In this document: positions 9,178 to 17,931 of the stretch, in pieces
How positions within the stretch are numbered: the first letter of the stretch is position 1
How the letters are laid out: every line of letters starts with the position of its first letter
Origin: Paracoccus pantotrophus
GTDB lineage: Bacteria > Pseudomonadota > Alphaproteobacteria > Rhodobacterales > Rhodobacteraceae
NCBI RefSeq assembly: GCF_008824185.1
Contig: NZ_CP044425.1
Coordinates: 387,396-411,395 of the forward strand
DNA: 24,000 nt
Direction of reading: 5' to 3'
Program-made: the position numbers and the translations under genes
Notes under the pieces: generated by a model
The model's database searches: none
Seen by the model: only the letters and a program-made list of their open reading frames with translations
Told to the model about the DNA's origin: nothing

Positions 9178-10254
9178 TCATTCGTCATAGGTGACGACCA
9201 CGCGGTCGCTGATCGGATAGGCCTGGCAGGACAGCACATAGCCGGCACGGACCTCGTAATCCTCCAGCGCGTGGTTCACCGCCATCTCGACCTCGCCCTC
9301 CAGCACCTTGCAGCGGCAGGTCGAGCAGACGCCCGCCTTGCAGGAATAGGGCGCGTCCATGCTGTTGGCGAGCGCGGCTTCCAGGATCGTCTCGCCCTCG
9401 CGCGGCATCTGGAAGCTGCGGGTGGCGCCGTCCAGCGTCACGGTGGCCGCGACCCCCTCGCCGGCACCAGCGGCCTGGGCCGAGACGGGCCGGGCCTTGG
9501 CGCGGCCGGGCTGGCTGGAGGCGAACAGCTCGAACTTGATCTGCTCGTCGCGCAGCCCGTGGTCGCGCAAGGACGCCGCGACGGTCAGCATCATCGGTTC
9601 CGGGCCGCAGATGAAGGCGGTGTCCACGGCCTCGGCATCCAGCCAATGCTGGAACAGCGCCGCCATCTTGGCCTCGTCGATGCGGCCGGTGAACAGGTCG
9701 ATCTCCTGCCCCTCCTGCTCCAGCACATGGATGACCGAGAAGCGGCCGAGATAGAGGTTCTTCAGATCCTCCAGCTCCTCGCGGAACATGATGGTGTTGA
9801 TCTGGCGGTTGGCATAGACCAGCGTGAACTGCGCGCGCGGCTCGCGCGCCAGCACGGTCTTGATGATCGACAGGACCGGCGTGATGCCCGAGCCGGCGGC
9901 AAAGCCCAGATACTGCTTTTCCGCCTCGGGCTCGATCGGGGTGAAGAACTTGCCCATCGGCGGCATCGCCTCGATCTCGTCGCCCGGCGCCAGGTTCTCG
10001 TTGGCCCAGGTGCTGAAGGCGCCGCCATCGACGCGCTTGATGCCGACGCGCAGCATGCCCTCGTCCTTGCCGGCGCAGATCGAATAGGAGCGGCGCAGCT
10101 CCTCGCCGTCGAAATCGCGGCGGAAGGTCAGGTATTGGCCCTGGGTGAAGTCGAACAGCGCGCGGTCCTCGTCGCGGGGCGCCAGGGTGACGACCACCGC
10201 GTCGCGCGTCTCGCGGCGCACGTCGATGACCTTCAGCGGGTGGAAGCGTGCCAT
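9178..10254 (-). CDS. paaE: 1,2-phenylacetyl-CoA epoxidase reductase subunit PaaE (FNR-like domain plus plant-type 2Fe-2S ferredoxin)
   Basis: 358 aa. It has the RSYSICAG FAD-binding motif, a GSGITP NAD-binding motif, and the C-terminal cluster motif CKAGVCSTCRCKV...C. The SD is AGGAAGGA. Confidence 0.92.
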   Translation of the reverse strand: MARFHPLKVIDVRRETRDAVVVTLAPRDEDRALFDFTQGQYLTFRRDFDGEELRRSYSICAGKDEGMLRVGIKRVDGGAFSTWANENLAPGDEIEAMPPMGKFFTPIEPEAEKQYLGFAAGSGITPVLSIIKTVLAREPRAQFTLVYANRQINTIMFREELEDLKNLYLGRFSVIHVLEQEGQEIDLFTGRIDEAKMAALFQHWLDAEAVDTAFICGPEPMMLTVAASLRDHGLRDEQIKFELFASSQPGRAKARPVSAQAAGAGEGVAATVTLDGATRSFQMPREGETILEAALANSMDAPYSCKAGVCSTCRCKVLEGEVEMAVNHALEDYEVRAGYVLSCQAYPISDRVVVTYDE

Positions 10255-10285
10255 GGGGGTATCCTTCCTGAAGCGGGTCGCCTTC

Positions 10286-10807
10286 TTACAGGCATTTGAA
10301 ATAGTCGAAGGGTTCCAGACAGTCCTTGCAGCGATAATTCGCCTTGCAGGGGGTCGAGCCGAACTGGCTGATCTTTTCGGTATTGGTCGAGCCGCAGCGC
10401 GGGCAGGCGATGGTCAGGTTGGCGCCGGTCATCCGGGCGATGCGCCCGGCCAGCACCCCGTCCGCCGCCGTGCCATCCACGGGGGGGGCAATGCCATAGG
10501 CGCGCAGCTTTTCCCGGCCCTCCGGCGTGATCCAGTCGGTGGTCCAGGGCGGCGACATCTGGCGCTCCAGCCGCAGCTTGTCGATGCCGTGGCCGCGCAG
10601 CGCGGTCTCGATATCCAGGTTGATGATGCTGGTCGCGGGACAGCCGGAATAGGTCGGCGTGACCCGGACGACCAGCGTATCGCCCTGCCATTCGACGCCG
10701 CGGATGATGCCCAGGTCGGTCAGGCTGATCACCGGGATCTCCGGGTCGGGCACCTCGGACAGCCAGCCCCAGACCTGCTCGACGCTGGGATGGGTCGCAG
10801 CGGCCAT
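10286..10807 (-). CDS. paaD: 1,2-phenylacetyl-CoA epoxidase subunit PaaD
   Basis: 173 aa. VWGWLSEVPDPEIPVISLTDLGIIRGV (DUF59/MIP18-like) is followed by a C-terminal Cys-rich segment (CPRCGSTNT...CKANYRCKDC). It sits in the canonical position between paaC and paaE. Confidence 0.9.
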   Translation of the reverse strand: MAAATHPSVEQVWGWLSEVPDPEIPVISLTDLGIIRGVEWQGDTLVVRVTPTYSGCPATSIINLDIETALRGHGIDKLRLERQMSPPWTTDWITPEGREKLRAYGIAPPVDGTAADGVLAGRIARMTGANLTIACPRCGSTNTEKISQFGSTPCKANYRCKDCLEPFDYFKCL

Positions 10808-10813
10808 GGCGCC

Positions 10814-11668
10814 TTACCAGCTGGCGCCGGGATAGGCGCGTTGCAGGAACTGCATCTCGGCCAGGATGTAGCCCAGATGTTCCGTGTGGATGCCCTGCTT
10901 GCCGCCCTTATGCGCGAAATCGCTTTCGGGGATCTGCAAGGTCGCCTCGCCCAGCACATGGCGCAGCGAGGCGTCCCAGCCGGCGCGCAGGCTGGCCGGA
11001 TCGGGGGCAATGCCGCGCGCGGCCATCTGCGCATCCTTGTCGTCGCCCAGGAACATCTCTCCGGTATAGGGCCAGAGCGCGTCCAGCGCCTGCTGCATCC
11101 GGCGGTGGCTTTCCTCGGTCCCGTCGCCCAGCCGCACCACCAGGTCGGAGGAGCGTTCCAGGTGATAGGCGACCTCCTTGCCGGCCTTGGCCGCGATCTC
11201 GGCCACGCGCGGGTCCGACGAGGCCGCCAGCCCCTTCAGCAATTCATGGTGCCAGGCGTCGAACAGGAACTGCCGCATCAGCGTATGGCCGAAATCGCCG
11301 TTCGGACGCTCGCAGATCAGCAGGTTGCGGAAATCCCAGGCGTCGCGCAGATAGGCCAGGTCGTCGGCCGAGCGGCCCTGCCCCTCGACCTCGCCGGCAA
11401 GCCCCAGCCACAGCTGGGTCTGGCCGATCAGGTCCAGCGCCACGTTGGCCAGCGCGATGTCCTCCTCCAGCGCCGGCGAATGGCCGCACCATTCCGAGAC
11501 GCGATGGCCCAGGATCAGCGTCGAGTCACCAAGGCGCAGCAGGGTTTCGAACAGCGCCTCCTGGCCCTCGTCGGGCTGGGGCACGGCGGGATGGGCCGGA
11601 TGGGCCTCGGCCTCGCGCCGGGCCAGTTCCGCCACCTGGGGCGTGTTCATGTCGGGCAGCGACGGCAT
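10814..11668 (-). CDS. paaC: 1,2-phenylacetyl-CoA epoxidase structural subunit PaaC
   Basis: About 284 aa from MPSLPDMNTPQV. The ATG at 11668 overlaps the paaB stop (TGATG). It has the ferritin-like fold without ExxH ligands (ALEEDIALANVALDLIGQ). The longer track ORF (to 11941) overlaps paaB and is rejected. Confidence 0.88.
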   Translation of the reverse strand: MPSLPDMNTPQVAELARREAEAHPAHPAVPQPDEGQEALFETLLRLGDSTLILGHRVSEWCGHSPALEEDIALANVALDLIGQTQLWLGLAGEVEGQGRSADDLAYLRDAWDFRNLLICERPNGDFGHTLMRQFLFDAWHHELLKGLAASSDPRVAEIAAKAGKEVAYHLERSSDLVVRLGDGTEESHRRMQQALDALWPYTGEMFLGDDKDAQMAARGIAPDPASLRAGWDASLRHVLGEATLQIPESDFAHKGGKQGIHTEHLGYILAEMQFLQRAYPGASW

Positions 11669-11952
11669 CACATATGCCCCACTTCTTCGGGAATGTCGAA
11701 AAAGGTCGGGTGGCGATAGACCTTGGCGTTCGAGGGCTCGAAGAGCGGCCCCTTTTCCGAGGGGCTCGACGCGGTGATCTGCGCCGAGGGCACGACCCAG
11801 ATCGACACGCCCTCGTTGCGGCGGGTATAGACGTCGCGGGCGTTCATGATCGCCATTTCGGCGTCGGGCGCGTGCAGGCTGCCGACATGGCGGTGGTTCA
11901 GCCCGTGCTGGCCCCGGATGAAGACCTCCCAGAGCGGCCATTCCTTGGACAT
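11668..11952 (-). CDS. paaB: 1,2-phenylacetyl-CoA epoxidase subunit PaaB
   Basis: 94 aa, MSKEWPLWEVFIRGQHGLNHRHVGSLHAPDAEMAIMNARDVYTRR..., which is a highly characteristic PaaB sequence. Confidence 0.92.
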   Translation of the reverse strand: MSKEWPLWEVFIRGQHGLNHRHVGSLHAPDAEMAIMNARDVYTRRNEGVSIWVVPSAQITASSPSEKGPLFEPSNAKVYRHPTFFDIPEEVGHM

Positions 11953-12007
11953 GGTTCTCTCCCTAAACTTGGTTCTGCGACTGGCGCGTGTTCCTGGCGA
12001 TGACGGG

Positions 12008-12997
12008 TTATTCGGCGGCCTGCGCCCGGCGGGCGGCGGCCTTCTCGGCATGGGCCATCAGCCCCTCGCGGAACCAGGCGCCGTCCTCCCAGGCCTTGAC
12101 GCGGGCGCCCAGCCGGTCCTTGTTGCAGGGCCCGTTGCCGGCGATCACGTCGAAGAATTCCGACCAATCCGGCTCGCTGAAATCGTAGCCACCCTTTTCC
12201 TCGTTCCATTTCAGGTCCGGGTCGGGGACGGTCAGGCCCAGGTATTCCGCCTGCGGCACGGTCTGGTCGACGAATTTCTGCCGCAGCTCGTCATTGGTGT
12301 TGATCTTGATCTTCCAGGCCATCGACTGCGCCGAATGCACCGAATCCTTGTCCGAAGGCCCGAACATCATCAGCGCCGGATACCAGAAGCGGTTCAGCGC
12401 GTCCTGCGCCATGCGCTTCTGCGCCGGCGTGCCCTGGGCCAGCTTCATCATCACCGCATAGCCCTGGCGCTGGTGGAAGCTTTCCTCCTTGCAGATGCGG
12501 ATCATGGCGCGGGAATAGGGACCATAGCTGGTGCGCTGCAGCGGCACCTGGTTCATGATCGCCGCGCCGTCGACCAGCCAGCCCACCGCGCCCATGTCCG
12601 CCCAGGTCAGCGTCGGATAGTTGAAGATCGAGGAATATTTCATCTTGCCGGCATGCAAGAGCTCCATCAGCTCGTCGCGCGAGACGCCCAGCGTCTCGGC
12701 CGCCGAATAGAGATAGAGCCCGTGCCCGGCCTCGTCCTGCACCTTGGCCAAGAGGATCGCCTTGCGCTCCAGCGTGGGGGCACGGGTGATCCAGTTGCCC
12801 TCGGGCAGTTGGCCGACGATCTCGCTATGCGCGTGCTGGCCGATCTGGCGGATCAGCGTCTTGCGATAGCCCTCGGGCATCCATTCCTTGGGCTCGATCT
12901 TCTCGCCGCGGTCGATGCGCTCCTGGAAGGCGATCTCCTGGGGAGTCATCTCCTCGCGGGCCTTCATCCCTTCGGATTTCACAAGCTGGGCATACAT
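12008..12997 (-). CDS. paaA: 1,2-phenylacetyl-CoA epoxidase catalytic subunit PaaA
   Basis: 329 aa with the di-iron motifs QDEAGHG and KEESFHQ. The SD GGGAGAAG lies upstream of the ATG at 12997. Confidence 0.93.
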   Translation of the reverse strand: MYAQLVKSEGMKAREEMTPQEIAFQERIDRGEKIEPKEWMPEGYRKTLIRQIGQHAHSEIVGQLPEGNWITRAPTLERKAILLAKVQDEAGHGLYLYSAAETLGVSRDELMELLHAGKMKYSSIFNYPTLTWADMGAVGWLVDGAAIMNQVPLQRTSYGPYSRAMIRICKEESFHQRQGYAVMMKLAQGTPAQKRMAQDALNRFWYPALMMFGPSDKDSVHSAQSMAWKIKINTNDELRQKFVDQTVPQAEYLGLTVPDPDLKWNEEKGGYDFSEPDWSEFFDVIAGNGPCNKDRLGARVKAWEDGAWFREGLMAHAEKAAARRAQAAE

Positions 12998-13015
12998 GGC
13001 AAACTTCTCCCTGGG

Positions 13016-14221
13016 TCAAACGCGTTCGAGGATCAGCGCGATGCCCTGCCCCACGCCGATGCACATGGTGCAAAGCGCATAGCGCCCGCCGGTGCGATGC
13101 AGCTGATACATCGCCGTCGTCACAAGCCGGGCCCCCGACATGCCAAGCGGGTGGCCAAGCGCGATGGCACCGCCGTTCGGATTCACATGGGCGGCATCGT
13201 CGGGCAGGCCAAGGTCGCGCAAGGTCGCCAGCGCCTGGCTGGCGAAGGCCTCGTTCAATTCTATCACATCCATCTGCTCGATGGTCAGTCCCGCGCGCGC
13301 CAGCACCTTTTTTGCCGCCGGCGCCGGGCCGATGCCCATGATCCGGGGCTCGACGCCGGCCGCGGCCATGGCAACGATGCGTGCCTTGGGCGTCAGGCCG
13401 TGGCGCTTCGCGGCCTCGCCCGACAGGATCGCCAGCGCCGCGGCGCCGTCGTTGACGCCCGAGGCATTGCCGGCCGTCACCGTCAGGTCAGGGCCGTTCA
13501 CGCCCTTCAGCTTGGCCAGCACCTCGGCCGTGGTGCCGGGGCGCGGATGCTCGTCGGTGTCGAAGACCACCGGCTCGCCCTTTTTCTGCGGTATGGTGAC
13601 GGGCACGATCTCGTCGGCAAAGACGCCGGCCTTCTGCGCCGCTTCCCAACGGGCTTGGCTGCGGGCGGCAAAGGCGTCCTGGTCGGCGCGGCTGACGGCG
13701 AAATCGGCGGCGACGTTGTCGGCGGTCTGCGGCATCGAATCGATGCCGTATCGCGCCTTCATCGCCGGGTTGACGAAGCGCCAGCCGATGGTGGTGTCAT
13801 AGACCGCATTGGCGCGGGAAAAGGCGCTTTCCGCCTTGGGCATCACGAAGGGCGCGCGGGTCATGCTTTCGACGCCGCCGGCGATGACGAAATCGCAATC
13901 GCCCGCCTTGATCGCCCGCGCCGCCATGCCGACCGCATCCATGCCCGAGCCGCAAAGCCGGTTCACCGTGGTTCCCGGCACGCCGATGGGCATGCCCGCC
14001 AGCAGCACCGCCATGCGGCCCACGTTGCGGTTGTCCTCGCCCGCCTGGTTGGCGCAGCCATAGATCAGGTCATCGACCGCCGCCCAGTCCACGCCGGGGT
14101 TGCGCTCCATCAGCGCCTTCAGCGGCACCGCGGCCAGGTCGTCCGCCCGGACCGAGGCCAGCGCCCCGCCATAGCGGCCGATCGGCGTGCGCACCGCGTC
14201 ACAGATGAAGGCGTCCTGCAT
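13016..14221 (-). CDS. paaJ: 3-oxoadipyl-CoA / 3-oxo-5,6-dehydrosuberyl-CoA thiolase
   Basis: 401 aa from MQDAFICDAVRTPIGRYGG. Thiolase signatures are present: NRLCGSGMDAV, GHPLGMSGARL and MCIGVGQGIA. I prefer the ATG at 14221 (SD GGGGAGAG) over the track start at 14260. Confidence 0.9.
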   Translation of the reverse strand: MQDAFICDAVRTPIGRYGGALASVRADDLAAVPLKALMERNPGVDWAAVDDLIYGCANQAGEDNRNVGRMAVLLAGMPIGVPGTTVNRLCGSGMDAVGMAARAIKAGDCDFVIAGGVESMTRAPFVMPKAESAFSRANAVYDTTIGWRFVNPAMKARYGIDSMPQTADNVAADFAVSRADQDAFAARSQARWEAAQKAGVFADEIVPVTIPQKKGEPVVFDTDEHPRPGTTAEVLAKLKGVNGPDLTVTAGNASGVNDGAAALAILSGEAAKRHGLTPKARIVAMAAAGVEPRIMGIGPAPAAKKVLARAGLTIEQMDVIELNEAFASQALATLRDLGLPDDAAHVNPNGGAIALGHPLGMSGARLVTTAMYQLHRTGGRYALCTMCIGVGQGIALILERV

Positions 14222-14251
14222 GCTCTCTCCCCTTTTTGGCAACGGCCGATG

Positions 14252-14280
14252 ATTCTCCAATTCACCGACCGGTTGGTCAA
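14252..14280 (-). promoter_or_regulatory. Candidate sigma70-type promoter of the paaJABCDE...Z operon
   Basis: The minus strand reads TTGACC (14280-14275), 17 nt, then GAGAAT (14257-14252), about 30 nt upstream of the paaJ ATG and inside the only AT-rich island of this region. This is a pattern match only. Confidence 0.3.
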
Positions 14281-14290
14281 CTTATACAAT

Positions 14291-14340
14291 CCAAAACATC
14301 ACAAAGAAAGAAAAATTTGGTCAGTCGTGTGATGTTTTGG
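14291..14340. promoter_or_regulatory. Perfect 13-bp inverted repeat with a 24-nt spacer; candidate PaaX operator
   Basis: CCAAAACATCACA (14291-14303) and TGTGATGTTTTGG (14328-14340) are exact reverse complements, separated by the A/T-rich spacer AAGAAAGAAAAATTTGGTCAGTCG. The repeat lies between the paaX stop and the putative -35 of the paa operon. Confidence 0.5.
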
Positions 14341-14364
14341 GGCGCAAAAAATAATCCGTTCTTC

Positions 14365-15219
14365 TCAACTTGTTGTGCGGGACAGGTCGGCCAGCCTCGC
14401 CTCGCTTTCCGCGGTCTTTTCCGGCAGGAGGCCGTCGCTGCCTTCGAATTGCGCCCCGATCCAGCGTTCCGCCGCCGGGGAAAGCTGGCGATAGAGGCGG
14501 CGGAACAGCGCCCGCGCCTCGTGCCCTTTCCAGTCCGGCGGCAGGGCGGCCTGCGGCAGGCGGGGGTCGCGCAGCAGCACGCCGCGATAGTCATGCACCA
14601 AGAGCAGCCGCGCGATCAGCGCCATCTCGTCCGACAGCGCCGCGCCCGCCTCGGCCAGCGGCGCAAAGCGCGCCAGCATGTCGAGATAACGCTGATGCAG
14701 CACCGAGAGATCCCAGAACTGCCCGATCCGGCCCAGTTCGGGCGGGTCCGGGGCACGAAAGACCAGCGCGCCTTCCGGCAGCGGCTGGCCGCGGTCGGGC
14801 CGGATGAAGACCGCGCCGCCCATATGGCCCATGCGCTGGTGGCGGGCCTCGTCCTCGGTCAGGTCCGGGGCGTGCAGGATCTGCCAGCCCTGCGCCGGCA
14901 CCTCGGCCTTGTAGAGCAACCCCGCCGCCTGGTCGAACTCCCGCTGGGCCGAGGCGTCCAGCCGGTAGTAGCTGCGCCGCCCCAGCCGCTCGCCGCGCAG
15001 CCGGTGGGCGGCGACCAGGCGCGAGACGGCGGTGCGCACCAGCGATTCGCTGATGCCGACCCGCTCGCAGACCTCGATCAGCGTGCCGGTCCACAAGACG
15101 CCGCCGCGCGGCACCACCACGTCGCCATAGACGGTGACGATGAAGGCGGCCGAACGCAGCGCCATCCCCTGCAATATCCCGTCGATCAGCCCGCGCTCGG
15201 CCATTCCGCCCTGCCGCAT
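14365..15219 (-). CDS. paaX: PaaX-family transcriptional repressor of phenylacetate catabolism
   Basis: 284 aa. The N-terminal winged-helix region FIVTVYGDVVVPRGGVLWTGTLIEVCERVGISESLVRTAVSRLVAAHRLRGERLGRRSYYRL matches the PaaX pattern (YGD...RGG.IW.GSL...G..E...RTA..RL...G.L...R.GRRS.Y.L). An alternative start is at 15204. Confidence 0.9.
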   Translation of the reverse strand: MRQGGMAERGLIDGILQGMALRSAAFIVTVYGDVVVPRGGVLWTGTLIEVCERVGISESLVRTAVSRLVAAHRLRGERLGRRSYYRLDASAQREFDQAAGLLYKAEVPAQGWQILHAPDLTEDEARHQRMGHMGGAVFIRPDRGQPLPEGALVFRAPDPPELGRIGQFWDLSVLHQRYLDMLARFAPLAEAGAALSDEMALIARLLLVHDYRGVLLRDPRLPQAALPPDWKGHEARALFRRLYRQLSPAAERWIGAQFEGSDGLLPEKTAESEARLADLSRTTS

Positions 15220-15303
15220 GTTTCCCCGCCATCCGCCGCCGCTGCCATAGAAGCCGGGAAAGCGGTCATGCGCAATGCGGCTTGCCCCAGCATCGGGCGC
15301 GGA

Positions 15304-15331
15304 GGCCGGCCACCCGTCGCGATGGCCGGCC
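15304..15331 (-). terminator. GC-rich hairpin immediately downstream of the pac stop codon
   Basis: GGCCGGCCA (15304-15312) / TGGCCGGCC (15323-15331) form a perfect 9-bp stem with a 10-nt loop, 5 nt after the TAA. No U-tract follows, so this may be a terminator or an attenuator between pac and paaX. Confidence 0.35.
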
Positions 15332-15336
15332 GGGCC

Positions 15337-17709
15337 TTACCGCGGGACGGCGATGGTCTCGCGCGACACGGCGGCCGCTTCGACCTCATCGCGGGTCAGC
15401 GCCTGCGGGCGGCAATCGAAGCCCTCGTAAAGCGCCAACTGGTCCTCGTAATGCGGGGAAGCCTCGCCCGAGGGGCCGATGAAGCCGCTCTGGCCCGGCG
15501 GGGTCACGGCGCAGAACTCGGCCTTGCCGTCGCGGAAGGTGATCCGGTTGTTCTCGGTGCCGCGGTTCATCGCGGTGCCGATGGCGCGGACCTCGTCCTC
15601 GCCGGCCTGCGGGATGCCCAGGTAGTTGCTGGTCTCGAACACGTGCTGCTTGATCTCGATGCGCCAGTCGGCCGGCTCCTGGCTGCCGAACCTGTCGGCC
15701 AGCCGCGCCGCGGCCTTGTCCAGCGAGGCAAGGATGATCTCCTTGCGGCCGGCCGCGTCGGCGCCGTTGAAGAAATCATGGGTCTGCGGCACGCCGGCCC
15801 GCTCGCCCAGCAGCGCGTTGTGCAGCATCTGCGCGGCGCGCGAGATGCGGTTGTACAGGATCGCCGGCGGGATCGCCGGGCTGTCGTCGCGCAGCACGTC
15901 CTCGACCATCACGTCCAGCCAGGCCTGGAACAGCCCCACCGCCGGGCTGGTCGCGCGGCCGTCCTCGGCCCGGATCTGCTGCCCGTCCCAGTTGCGCAGG
16001 ATCTCGACCAGTTCGGCGCGCTGGCTTTGCGGGTCGATGCCCTCGGCCGCATCGAGGATGAAGGGCAGGAAATAGCGCGCGTTGATGTCGAGAAAGCTGA
16101 TCTCGCGGTTGATGTTCCACACCTCCTCGGGTGTCAGCTTGTCCTTGGCGTCGAGCCGCGCGGTGATCTCGACCACACGGTCGGCGCTGCCCCAGGGCGT
16201 GGCCTCGAAATTCGCGGCATCGCCCTTGGCCGAGCGGTTGTTCCAGTTCGCGATCCAGCCCTGGCTGGGGTTATAGGCCTTGGGCGCATCGGCAAAGGGC
16301 CGCACGCCCTGCCAGTCGTCCTTGCCCGGCCGGGCCGGAAGCCGCTGGTCATGGCCTTCGGCGCGGACGGGGACATGGCCGGGCGAGACATAGCCGATAT
16401 TGCCGTCCCGGTCAGCGTAATACCAGTTGATCGTGGTCGCGACCTTTTCCGCCTGGTCCAGCCATTCCTGGTAATTCTGCGCCTTGGTCGAGTTCACCCA
16501 GGCCATGAGGGTCGAGATCTCCTGCCCCTTCCAGGCGCGGTTGAAGGCATAGGCGGTCGCCGTTTCGGGATCGATCTGGCCGACCACGCCGTAATCGCTT
16601 TCCCAGACCGTGGTCTCGACCTCGGGCTGGCCCTTGACGCGGAAGGTCTCGCGGCGGGCCGTCATCTCCTTCCAGCTGTCGTGGGCGCGGTATTGCCGCG
16701 GATTCTCGGGGTTCAGCTCCAGCCGGTAATAGTCGTTCACGTCGCGCGGCCCGGCGGTGGCGCCCCAGGCGATGGTGCCGTTGGTGCCGAACAGGACGTT
16801 GGGCACGGCAAAGGGCGTGTTGCCGGTCAGGTCGAACCCCGCGCCGTGCAGCCCGATGCTGAAGACATAGGACGGGTTGAAATTGCCGAATTGCGGGCCG
16901 TTGATCAGGATGGTGCTGCCGTCGGTGGTCTTTTGCGGCCCGGCGATCCACAGGTTGCTGGCACGCGGGCGCTCATCATCGCCGGGCAGCGCGCCGGCGT
17001 GCAGCAATTCGGCAAAGCCGCTGGCGGAAGGCGGGGTCAGCCCGGCCTTGCGCTGGTATTGCTCGCCCTCGGGCACGGTGGTCGGGGCCAGCGGATCTTC
17101 GTCCCAGAACATCTGGTCGAAAACTGCGCGCGCCTGTTCGGCGCCGAATTGCGCCTCCAGCTCGGCCAGCGTCCTGGCATTGGCCAATTCGGAACTGTAG
17201 CCCGAAAAGCGGCCGGCCATGGTCCCGACATAGATCATCGCCACGTCGAACTCGGTCCAGCGGCGGGGCTTGAAGCCGAAATCGTTGAACTGCCTGGGCA
17301 TCAGCTCGGCCGGTTCGGCCAGAACCCGGTCCACCCACAGGTTGAAGCCCGCCGCGTAGCCGCGCAGGATGTCGCGCTCCTCCGGCGCCAGCGCCTCGAT
17401 CTGGCGGCGGATCTCGGCATGGTCGAACATGGCCCGGGTCTGGATATCGAAGGGCAGCCGCTCGATGCCCAGCACCTCGGCCACCTCGCCCAGGACCGAG
17501 CGCCGCGCCATCTCCATCTGGAACAGCCGGTCCTGCGCCACGCTGTAGCCGAAGCCCGCGTAAAGCCCATGCACGTCGTCGGCATAGACATGCGGCACGC
17601 CCCAGTTGTCGCGGATGATCTCGACCCTTGTGTCGGCCAGGGCCGGACAGGCCAGAAGGGCAGAAAGGCCGGCCGACAGCAGCAGGCGGCCAAACGAAGA
17701 CCTGAACAT
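15337..17709 (-). CDS. pac: Penicillin G acylase (Ntn-hydrolase, alpha/beta precursor)
   Basis: 790 aa from MFRSSFGRLLL (SD GGAGGAG). It is collinear with E. coli PGA along its whole length: IRDNWGVPHVYADD...GYSVAQDRLFQMEMARR, FDVAMIYVGTMAGRFSG (alpha Arg-Phe), the beta-chain N-terminal nucleophile context SNLWIAGPQKT...NGPQFG, TINWYYADRDGNIGYV, GWIANWNN, NRGTEN and PGQSGF...HYEDQLALYE. It has a signal peptide ending in ALA/D. Confidence 0.92.
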   Translation of the reverse strand: MFRSSFGRLLLSAGLSALLACPALADTRVEIIRDNWGVPHVYADDVHGLYAGFGYSVAQDRLFQMEMARRSVLGEVAEVLGIERLPFDIQTRAMFDHAEIRRQIEALAPEERDILRGYAAGFNLWVDRVLAEPAELMPRQFNDFGFKPRRWTEFDVAMIYVGTMAGRFSGYSSELANARTLAELEAQFGAEQARAVFDQMFWDEDPLAPTTVPEGEQYQRKAGLTPPSASGFAELLHAGALPGDDERPRASNLWIAGPQKTTDGSTILINGPQFGNFNPSYVFSIGLHGAGFDLTGNTPFAVPNVLFGTNGTIAWGATAGPRDVNDYYRLELNPENPRQYRAHDSWKEMTARRETFRVKGQPEVETTVWESDYGVVGQIDPETATAYAFNRAWKGQEISTLMAWVNSTKAQNYQEWLDQAEKVATTINWYYADRDGNIGYVSPGHVPVRAEGHDQRLPARPGKDDWQGVRPFADAPKAYNPSQGWIANWNNRSAKGDAANFEATPWGSADRVVEITARLDAKDKLTPEEVWNINREISFLDINARYFLPFILDAAEGIDPQSQRAELVEILRNWDGQQIRAEDGRATSPAVGLFQAWLDVMVEDVLRDDSPAIPPAILYNRISRAAQMLHNALLGERAGVPQTHDFFNGADAAGRKEIILASLDKAAARLADRFGSQEPADWRIEIKQHVFETSNYLGIPQAGEDEVRAIGTAMNRGTENNRITFRDGKAEFCAVTPPGQSGFIGPSGEASPHYEDQLALYEGFDCRPQALTRDEVEAAAVSRETIAVPR

Positions 17710-17931
17710 GGTATTCTCCTCCAGGTGCAAGCGCCTCCTCCGGCGCGTGGCAAGGCTTATCGTTAACCGTTCGGTCGGTCAATTAATTAGGGATGCCCGC
17801 TCAGCCGGCCGGCAGGGGATCGGGCCGTTCACGCGATTGTCAGCGCCGACCGCCGCAGGCTGGCCGATCATGGTGGGGCGGCCGCCACGGCCCGCGGCAG
17901 TCCCGACCAACATTTCCCAAAGAGGTCCGAC

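Noticed and set aside
11846-14332. 828-aa plus-strand ORF opposite paaA and paaJ
   Set aside because: The same reasoning applies: it is an antisense shadow frame of strongly conserved genes, with no recognisable domains.
14291-14340. Reading the TGTGA/TCACA-containing repeat as a CRP/FNR-type site
   Set aside because: CRP-family sites are TGTGA-N6-TCACA. Here the half-sites are in the opposite order (TCACA ... TGTGA) and 24 nt apart, so the geometry does not fit a CRP dimer. A rho-independent terminator is also unlikely, given the 24-nt loop and the absence of a U-tract.
15251-15283. 6-bp inverted repeat AAGCCG-N21-CGGCTT upstream of paaX as a second PaaX operator
   Set aside because: It is too short to be significant in GC-rich DNA and has no sequence similarity to the 13-bp repeat at 14291-14340.
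15337-17709. Annotating the acylase as an N-acyl-homoserine-lactone (quorum-quenching) acylase
   Set aside because: From memory, the sequence follows E. coli penicillin G acylase block by block, including residues lining the phenylacetyl pocket. AHL acylases of the PvdQ/QuiP type are much more divergent. Substrate range still needs experiment.
14236-17766. 1176-aa ORF on the plus strand spanning the paaX and pac region
   Set aside because: It is antisense to two confidently identified genes and runs through their intergenic region. It has repetitive Arg/Gly/Leu/Pro composition and no plausible RBS. It is an artefact of stop-codon paucity in GC-rich sequence.
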